Positions 19,281 to 25,753 of a stretch of DNA of 64,000 bases are shown in pieces. This DNA is from Minisyncoccota bacterium (GTDB lineage Bacteria > Patescibacteriota > Minisyncoccia > JAHIHE01 > JAGLIN01): NCBI GenBank assembly GCA_041661265.1, contig JBAZUT010000008.1, forward strand, positions 1,134-65,133. The letters are read 5' to 3'. A model generated the notes under the pieces. The model was not told where the DNA came from. It made no database searches and saw only the letters and a program-made list of their open reading frames with translations. Position 1 is the stretch's first letter. Each line of letters begins with the position of its first letter. Both the position numbers and the translations under genes were made by a program.

Positions 19281-19442
19281 TATATATGTTTATGATATAG
19301 TATAATAATTATACCAAAACGTGAACGAATGTCAAGAGCTTGGAATTCTGTTAAGTTGAAATTTTGGTGAGTGCACTCACCTAATTCTTGCGAAGTGGCT
19401 GGAGTCGTAAAGATTAAAACTGTCATAAAAAAGAGACGGCAT

Positions 19443-20024
19443 TTAAGTCGTCTTTATTAGTTTTTCCGGATGTCTTGCAGTTGGATTTGGTTGAGCGGGC
19501 GGAGCATTAACTTTTGTAATTTCAACGCTCCATTCCCATTCTTTTATGGCATCGATCCCTGGGCAATTCCCTCCGCCTGCTTCTGTTATACATTTTTCCA
19601 TCATAACTGTTTTAGAACTCTTTTTGTTTCTTAGTTTAAACTGATATTCCAGATAGAACCTGGCATTATCTGGTTTCAACTCAGAAACAACAGTAATAGC
19701 TTTGCCAGCGTATACTTTGATTTTAAGATCTCCGAGATCTAATGTTTGTGGTTGCGTCGAGTCTTCAAAGAAATCATACCAGTTATCTGACTTAAAAACT
19801 TCTATTTTTGATTGCGCATCGCTGTTCTTTGGCGTTTCAGTAACTCCCGGACCGACGTTTCCGGAGTTGCCCGAACTTCCCGAACTGCCAGGACTTGCCT
19901 CACTAATTGCTACTTCTGTTACTTTTGGCGATATTGTTCCCGGGTCTTTATCCGACACGCATCCCGAGATCAACAAAGCTCCCGCAAGCAGAAATATTGC
20001 CAATATTTTCATTCTTATTTTCAC
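19443..20024 (-). CDS. Putative lipoprotein; N-terminus paralogous to 16759-17397
   Basis: KILAIFLLAGALLISGCVSDK, Gly/Ser linker, unrelated C-terminus. Confidence 0.78.
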   Translation of the reverse strand: MKIRMKILAIFLLAGALLISGCVSDKDPGTISPKVTEVAISEASPGSSGSSGNSGNVGPGVTETPKNSDAQSKIEVFKSDNWYDFFEDSTQPQTLDLGDLKIKVYAGKAITVVSELKPDNARFYLEYQFKLRNKKSSKTVMMEKCITEAGGGNCPGIDAIKEWEWSVEITKVNAPPAQPNPTARHPEKLIKTT

Positions 20025-20320
20025 TTTTTCACATCCTTTTTGTTTTGTTTTCCATATTTTAAGGATCAATTTGTCTTATCCTCAATGCGAACATCATAAA
20101 GTGTTTTCTGGGTTTTGCAAACACTATCGGCTGGAAAGTGGAGGGTAGAATGTGGAAAGTGGCAAATTGTTGAAGAATCTTTTGATATTGCTCCATGACC
20201 ATATTGTTCTATTATTAATAATCCCCTCTTGAGAGGGGCAGGGGTGTGTGAGTTGGGAAGCGCGGCTAGGTCGCTTTGAGTTAATTTGATAAACAAAAGA
20301 ACGCAAATCTCTCTCAGGTT

Positions 20321-20431
20321 CAAGGTCTGCACCTTGTCCACAAGATCAGATCCTTGAAGAACCGGCGAAGACATCGAACAACTTCATTAATTATCGGAGG
20401 ATCCGACCTCCTGCTGGAGGTGCGGACCTCC
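20321..20431. repeat. Four-box hairpin element, copy 3
   Basis: Direct alignment with copies 2 and 4. Confidence 0.9.
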
Positions 20432-20570
20432 TTCGTCCCCGGATCTCCCCGCTCTTTCTGCACAAGATGAGGAGACCTGGTGGATTTGAGAATAAACTGT
20501 ATTGCAATAACTTTTGAGTTGTATTAGAATGAAGATAATAAATGAAATATTCTTACTTTCAAAACAGGCC

Positions 20571-20984
20571 ATGAATATCGATGAAAACAAATTAAAAGAA
20601 ATACTAAAGGAGCAAAGTGATGATTTCAAGCGGCATGTGAGCGTGATTTCGGAAGATTTTCATTCGAGCGTGAAGCTGATCTCTGAACAATATAGTTCAA
20701 TCAAAGAAACGCTGGATCGTCATACTGAGATACTAGATTCTCACTCCGAAACACTTGAATCGCATGGTAGAATACTTGAATCGCATACCAAAACACTCGA
20801 ATCTCACACAAGAACTCTTGATTTTCACACTGAGATGATAGGCTCACTGAAGGAAGATGTGGAAATCATCAAAACTGATGTGGAGTTTGTGAAAAACTCT
20901 CTCAAGAAAAAGGTTGATGCTGAAGAGTTTTCGGTTTTGGAAAGAAGAGTCGCTGCACTGGAGTCAAAGGTCAGGGCGAGATAG
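20571..20984 (+). CDS. Coiled-coil protein with L-x-x-H heptad repeats
   Basis: LDRHTEI LDSHSET LESHGRI LESHTKT LESHTRT LDFHTEM; likely start ATG 20571; TTGCAA-17-TAGAAT upstream. Confidence 0.75.
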   Translation: MNIDENKLKEILKEQSDDFKRHVSVISEDFHSSVKLISEQYSSIKETLDRHTEILDSHSETLESHGRILESHTKTLESHTRTLDFHTEMIGSLKEDVEIIKTDVEFVKNSLKKKVDAEEFSVLERRVAALESKVRAR

Positions 20985-21133
20985 AGTTTATCGTTTTAGA
21001 AATATGCCACACTTCCGGTTGAGGGGTGGTTTTTTGTTTTGTTGTGACATCTCATCCCTCCTTTATGAAAAGGAGGGTTAGGGTGGATTTGAATTAATCC
21101 GGTAAGCAAAAGAACGCAAATCTCTCTCAGGTT

Positions 21134-21244
21134 CAAGGTCTGCACCTTGTCCACAAGATCAGATCCTTGAAGAACCGGCGAAGACATCGAACAACTTCAT
21201 TAATTATCGGAGGATCCGATCTCCTGCTGGAGGTGCGGACCTCC
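21134..21244. repeat. Four-box hairpin element, copy 4
   Basis: Direct alignment with copies 2 and 3. Confidence 0.9.
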
Positions 21245-21380
21245 TTCGTCCTCGGACCCCTCCATCCACTTTGTCCAAGACAGACAGACTATGTGGGCTT
21301 GGATCGATCTGAAGATAAGGGAAATTGACACTCGTTTTTTGTGGAGTATAATAGAAATATAATTTGAATAGGTTATTGCA

Positions 21381-21626
21381 ATGCTTTCGGACAAAGATGT
21401 TCAAAAACTGGTAAAAGTTTTCGCGACTCGCGATGAGGTGATTTCAAAGAGCGAATTGGGTGAATTAAAACGCGATTTCGGCAATCTTCAATTGTCTATT
21501 GACTCTTATGCCAAGAGGGCTGATGCTTATTTTCAGGAAATGGCGATGTTTTCACATAAGATCGATCGTCAGGAAAGATGGATCCAGGAAATTGCGAAAA
21601 AAATCGGAATGAAATTAGATTATTGA
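21381..21626 (+). CDS. Small coiled-coil hypothetical protein
   Basis: 81 aa; own promoter TTGACA-16-TATAAT at 21325-21352. Confidence 0.75.
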   Translation: MLSDKDVQKLVKVFATRDEVISKSELGELKRDFGNLQLSIDSYAKRADAYFQEMAMFSHKIDRQERWIQEIAKKIGMKLDY

Positions 21627-21726
21627 TCAAAAAATATTTTTTGATTTTACTTCCTACTTCCTTTTTATAAGTGAAGTTTTTTCATTTTGACCGGGAATAT
21701 CGCACGAAATAAAAAAAGAAACAAGT

Positions 21727-22029
21727 TTATTGTTTCTTGTAAGCTCTTTCTATTTCGCTTTCCCTTATCAATTGAAATCCCAGATTCATGAGCCTGGTTC
21801 CGACCGAGAGCATCAAAATGCCATAAACGAGCAAGCCGTTCAGGTTGAGCAGTTCGGGAGGGATTTGCATTCCTTGGGCGACCTGGGCGCCATTTTTAAA
21901 CAGTGGCGCGAGGTTTTGCTTCCCGCTATACACGTCATTTACGTATAATCCCATCATTATCACGATCACAAGACCTATGCCGATGAATGTCCATCCGGTT
22001 TTTTTCTTCAGGGAAACTGTGTTAACCAT
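21727..22029 (-). CDS. Small two-TM hypothetical protein
   Basis: Two hydrophobic segments; GGAGGT RBS; terminator over the stop. Confidence 0.7.
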   Translation of the reverse strand: MVNTVSLKKKTGWTFIGIGLVIVIMMGLYVNDVYSGKQNLAPLFKNGAQVAQGMQIPPELLNLNGLLVYGILMLSVGTRLMNLGFQLIRESEIERAYKKQ

Positions 22030-22328
22030 TTCTATACCTCCGATCTGAAAATCCTGAATAAAGAATAGTATATTATGGGATAAAAGTAAATGAGCCGGGA
22101 TATTGACAAAAACTATATTATATGCTATGCTTTTATGTTTGCTGTGCTAATTAAACAGCAAATATTCAGGTTCGTTGAAAAATAATCTTTCGGTTAAAAT
22201 AGCGCTAAATGGTTTTTGGCGTTGTTTCAACCGAAGGATTCACAAGAATTCCATCGGTCCGATAGTATACGAACAAGAATAAAAGTAATGAATAGTTAAG
22301 GAGAAAAAGAAGAAAACAGGTGATTAAC

Positions 22329-22943
22329 ATGGTAGATGCAAAAACAATAGGTATCGGAGCGGTAATAGTGCTGGTTATACTGGCATTCAGCGGATGGAGC
22401 ATGTATATCGGACTGAACAATGCAAGACTCGACGCGGACAAGGCAAGAAGTGATGTCGCTGTCAAAATGAAAGACAGGCATGATGTCATACCTGCATTTA
22501 TAAATGCTGCCGAAGCCAGTTTCAAGGCTCAGGATAAGATTCTTACAAACTATGCGAAGAACAGAGAAGGTTTGGATCGGGCAGAGAAACTATATAACGA
22601 AGCTCGTAACAATTCAGATGATCCTGACGCGCCTGTAAAGATGGCTGAGGCTATCAGAGAGGCACAGAATAGTTTTGAAGGCATAATCATAAATGCCCGC
22701 CAGGAATCGGTACCTGATGTAGATATTGAGGCGCTTATTCGGCTACAGAATGAAATTTCTGTGAGGCAGAATGTGATCTCGGGTTTCTGGCTCGACTACA
22801 ATGCGGTTGTAAACGAATATAACAAAAAGGTTACAAACCCGCCTTCATCGATCGTGGCATCTTTCTTTGGCTTCAAGACAAGAAAGACATTTGAAGCCAC
22901 TGCCGAAGAAGAGGCAATGCCAGACACAAAGATAAACGTTTAA
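22329..22943 (+). CDS. LemA-family protein
   Basis: N-terminal TM; K.RHD.IP; ...YNA.V..YN......PSSIVA.FFGF; start at ATG 22329 after AGGTGA. Confidence 0.8.
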   Translation: MVDAKTIGIGAVIVLVILAFSGWSMYIGLNNARLDADKARSDVAVKMKDRHDVIPAFINAAEASFKAQDKILTNYAKNREGLDRAEKLYNEARNNSDDPDAPVKMAEAIREAQNSFEGIIINARQESVPDVDIEALIRLQNEISVRQNVISGFWLDYNAVVNEYNKKVTNPPSSIVASFFGFKTRKTFEATAEEEAMPDTKINV

Positions 22944-22987
22944 TCGGATTGGAGAACCCAATCCCTTTATTTTAAAGAGGTGAAGTT

Positions 22988-23839
22988 ATGAATTTTGACA
23001 GAGATTACGGAAATGAAAGAAAGGGAAAACCTTCGAAAATAGTGATTTCGGCTATAATAGCAATGATCTTGGTCGGGCTGTATTTATTAGTGCCTGCGAC
23101 AAGCAAAGCAATATATGCACCCCCCAGAGAGAACATCACAGTCGTAACCAATCTGCCATATCCTCCTTTTGAGGACTTGGCAGGCGGTGAATTCACCGGT
23201 TTGGATATCGATATTGCATATAAATTCGGGGACAAATACAACACAAGAGTGATTGTGACGGACGTTCCTGAATTTGATGACATATTCCTGGCATTGAAAG
23301 ACGGAAAGGCGGATATGGCTATTTCGGCCATTACGATCAGTTCCGGCAATTCCAGCAGAAGCAATTTATCCGATTTTTCAATTGGATATTACAATGCTTC
23401 ACAGGCAGTGCTAGCTATGGAAAATGGAAAGTTCAAGATCGCAAACGAATTATTCGCGGGCGATTTCAAGGGCATGAGGGTGGGATATCAGGGATCCACC
23501 ACAAATGAAGGCTGGGCAGCGGCAAATCTGTTCGGAAAAGTAGATCTTGCCGGCAATGTATCCTTCGGCGATGTCGACAGCGGATTACAGATATTGAGAT
23601 CCGGCGATATTGACGGGATCATTTTGGATGAACCGGCCGCACGCGCTCTTGAAAAGAAAAATCCCGGAATGGTGGTTGCTGGAGTTATCAACAACACTCA
23701 AGAGGAATATGGGATAGCCGTGAAGAAAGGCGATCCGAAAAAACTGCTCCCGAAGATCAACGAGCTCATCAAAGAGCTGAAAGGGAACGGGGAGTATGAG
23801 AAATTGATCAAGAAGCACTTCGGAGGCGGTCAGAAATGA
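22988..23839 (+). CDS. Polar amino-acid ABC substrate-binding protein (family 3), with no permease or ATPase adjacent
   Basis: YPPFE...GLDIDIA, L..GKADMAISAITI, GYQGSTT, EEYGIAVKKG. Confidence 0.88.
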   Translation: MNFDRDYGNERKGKPSKIVISAIIAMILVGLYLLVPATSKAIYAPPRENITVVTNLPYPPFEDLAGGEFTGLDIDIAYKFGDKYNTRVIVTDVPEFDDIFLALKDGKADMAISAITISSGNSSRSNLSDFSIGYYNASQAVLAMENGKFKIANELFAGDFKGMRVGYQGSTTNEGWAAANLFGKVDLAGNVSFGDVDSGLQILRSGDIDGIILDEPAARALEKKNPGMVVAGVINNTQEEYGIAVKKGDPKKLLPKINELIKELKGNGEYEKLIKKHFGGGQK

Positions 23840-24867
23840 AAACGATAACCGCATATCTGATGCTGTTCCTTGTCGTTTCTTTGTCGATTCCTATGGTGTT
23901 GGCACAAGAAAATACGGTCCCGAGGGGAAAGTATATATACGATGAAAGAGGAACCTTGAGCATTCAAGATACTCTCTTTCTGAGTTCTTCCTTATGGAAG
24001 CTGGATGCGAAAACGGGATATCAAACCGTGTATGTGTTTCCAAAGGACAATCTTACCGAAAGGGAAATGGCGAAGTGGTTCAATGATCACGGAGTGGGAA
24101 ATGCCAAAACCGAAACCGGTTTAGCTTTCTTCATATTTCCGGACAATTCCGTTTTCGGAATGATCGGAAGAAAACATGATCGGATCGGAACACCATATCT
24201 GTCGTATTTTTCGGCAAGATCTCTTGCTGGCATAGAGAATGACAGAACAAGGGCTCTGAACAATCTGACGTTTGATCTGAAGAAAGAATTGGGAGTTTCA
24301 GCGACATACGAGAGAGCATATAATACCGGAAAGGCGGTGGCGGATAACTTTCACATAATCATGGGCTGGGCATTTATGATCTCTTTGTTTGTGTTGCTAT
24401 ACAAACAGAAAGATGGCTACCAGTCGAGTGATCTTGTTTTGCCAGCGATCATTTTGGTCCTCACACTTTTCGCGGTGGGCATAATGTCGCTTGGCTCAAA
24501 TGACAGTTTGCCGTCATACACAAAAGAATTCGGCATAACAACTTCCACGAAGCTGAAAGACCACGAATATACAGAACGTCATTGCAGCGGATCTGGTGAT
24601 GACGAGATTTGCTGGTGGGACCGTCATACGGAATACTTCAATTATGTGACCATAACATCATATGATTTTAAGGTCTATAATTACCGGTTCTACAGCAAAG
24701 ACAATAAATGGGCATGGGAACGGAAGGAAGGAGAACTACTTGGATTGGATGTGTACATTCAAGGAAATTCAGTCTCATCGGTAGAATTACCGGTCAGAGA
24801 TAATTCGGGCGGTCGCACGGAGTATATGGGAACCTGGATTAAGACGACGAACGTAACAAAAAAATAA
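23836..24867 (+). CDS. TPM-domain-like membrane protein
   Basis: Signal peptide; YIYDERGTLS; FN..GVG....TG; two TMs; in operon with LemA. Confidence 0.65.
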   Translation: MKTITAYLMLFLVVSLSIPMVLAQENTVPRGKYIYDERGTLSIQDTLFLSSSLWKLDAKTGYQTVYVFPKDNLTEREMAKWFNDHGVGNAKTETGLAFFIFPDNSVFGMIGRKHDRIGTPYLSYFSARSLAGIENDRTRALNNLTFDLKKELGVSATYERAYNTGKAVADNFHIIMGWAFMISLFVLLYKQKDGYQSSDLVLPAIILVLTLFAVGIMSLGSNDSLPSYTKEFGITTSTKLKDHEYTERHCSGSGDDEICWWDRHTEYFNYVTITSYDFKVYNYRFYSKDNKWAWERKEGELLGLDVYIQGNSVSSVELPVRDNSGGRTEYMGTWIKTTNVTKK

Positions 24868-24894
24868 AGGCAGTGAACGCACTGTCCTTTTTTT
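24866..24894 (+). terminator. Intrinsic terminator
   Basis: AAAGGCAGTG-aacg-CACTGTCCTTT followed by a T-run. Confidence 0.7.
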
Positions 24895-24986
24895 ATGGAT
24901 AAAAAGTCCCCTCTCGAGAGGGGCAGGGGTGTGTGGGTTGGGAAGCGAGGCCAGACCTTGGAAATAACGGAAAATCATTGGCAGAG

Positions 24987-25073
24987 CGGAGAGGGTGGGA
25001 TTTGAACCCACGGTCCCGATGAAGAGACGCTGGTTTTCGAAACCAGTACGTTAAACCGCTCTGTCACCTCTCC
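24987..25073 (-). tRNA. tRNA-Ser(CGA); CCA not encoded directly after the discriminator
   Basis: GGAGAGG acceptor, CTGGT-TTCGAAA-ACCAG anticodon arm, long variable arm, GTGGGTTCAAATCCCAC T-arm. Confidence 0.93.
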
Positions 25074-25176
25074 GCTCTGTCAATGATTGTTGAGAATTTT
25101 ATATAAACAAGCAACTAGGTTTGCAGATTACCATATTGGAGGATTTTCCGCCTTCGGCGGACCAGTCGCAGGCCGG

Positions 25177-25264
25177 CGAAACCAGTACGTTAAACCCTGT
25201 CTTCCGGCCCGCTTCGCCGAAGGCTGACAGCGAGGCGAGCATGCAGGCGCTCTGTCACCTCTCC
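25177..25264 (-). pseudogene. Duplicated 5' half of tRNA-Ser interrupted by a 52 bp palindromic insertion
   Basis: Identical to the tRNA from its 5' end to the anticodon, except for the insert at 25196-25247. Confidence 0.85.
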
Positions 25265-25374
25265 GGAATTGGGATGTAGAAAGTCGAAAGTGGCAGGTAG
25301 AAAGAACAATATCAAACTACTTACTACTAATCCACTTTATCACATAATGAAAAAAAGAAAAGAGTATTTACTCT

Positions 25375-25521
25375 TTATCTTATCGGTGAAAGCCTTTCTC
25401 TGAATACTTTTAAATTGTGGATAAAAGTATCATATATTCTTTTTAGGCGGGGCCTTTTGTCCCCGGCTTTCGCGGATCTTATCAAAATATCATTTATTTC
25501 GAATTCTTTTTCCGCTGGCAT
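25375..25521 (-). CDS. Putative 48-aa small protein (not in ORF track)
   Basis: MPAEKEFEINDILIRSAKAGDKRPRLKRIYDTFIHNLKVFRERLSPIR; TTGACT-17-TAGACT promoter, GAGGATGA RBS, hairpin plus U-tract after the stop. Confidence 0.55.
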   Translation of the reverse strand: MPAEKEFEINDILIRSAKAGDKRPRLKRIYDTFIHNLKVFRERLSPIR

Positions 25522-25753
25522 TCTATCATCCTCTTTCTGAGCTCTAGTCTATAGGGAAAAATGAACTAAGTCAATAATGTGGTGGCAAAAAAAACGCCCC
25601 ATGGCGAGCCAGGCGTTTCTGTCATATGTCGGACTATTTTGAAGCCAGTTTATAGGCGATTGCCATAATGATCGCCCCAAGGAGCAATATCGAGGAAATT
25701 ATGGGAAGTATCTTGTATTTACTCATATGGGGTAATGTAAGTTATGGTGTTGG

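Noticed and set aside
15779-21244. CRISPR array or classical integron
   Set aside because: Repeats are ~110 bp and separated by 0.7-2.6 kb of genes; there are no cas genes, no canonical attC cores, and the recombinase at 31925 looks like housekeeping Xer without an evident IntI insertion.
17439-21394. Repeated short ORFs MSSPVLQGSDLVDKVQTLNLREIC... and ...GGPHLQQE.GSSDN
   Set aside because: Translations of the non-coding repeat on the minus strand; no RBS, and the frames diverge outside the repeat.
15764-25423. DnaA boxes / oriC (TTATCCACA at 15764 and on the minus strand near 25415; TTGTCCACA within three repeat copies)
   Set aside because: Too few and too dispersed; the TTGTCCACA follows from the adjoining palindrome arms; no dnaA/dnaN or unwinding element nearby.
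25716-25743. dif-like site
   Set aside because: Only loose dyad symmetry; the match to the TTATGTTAAAT arm is too poor to support.
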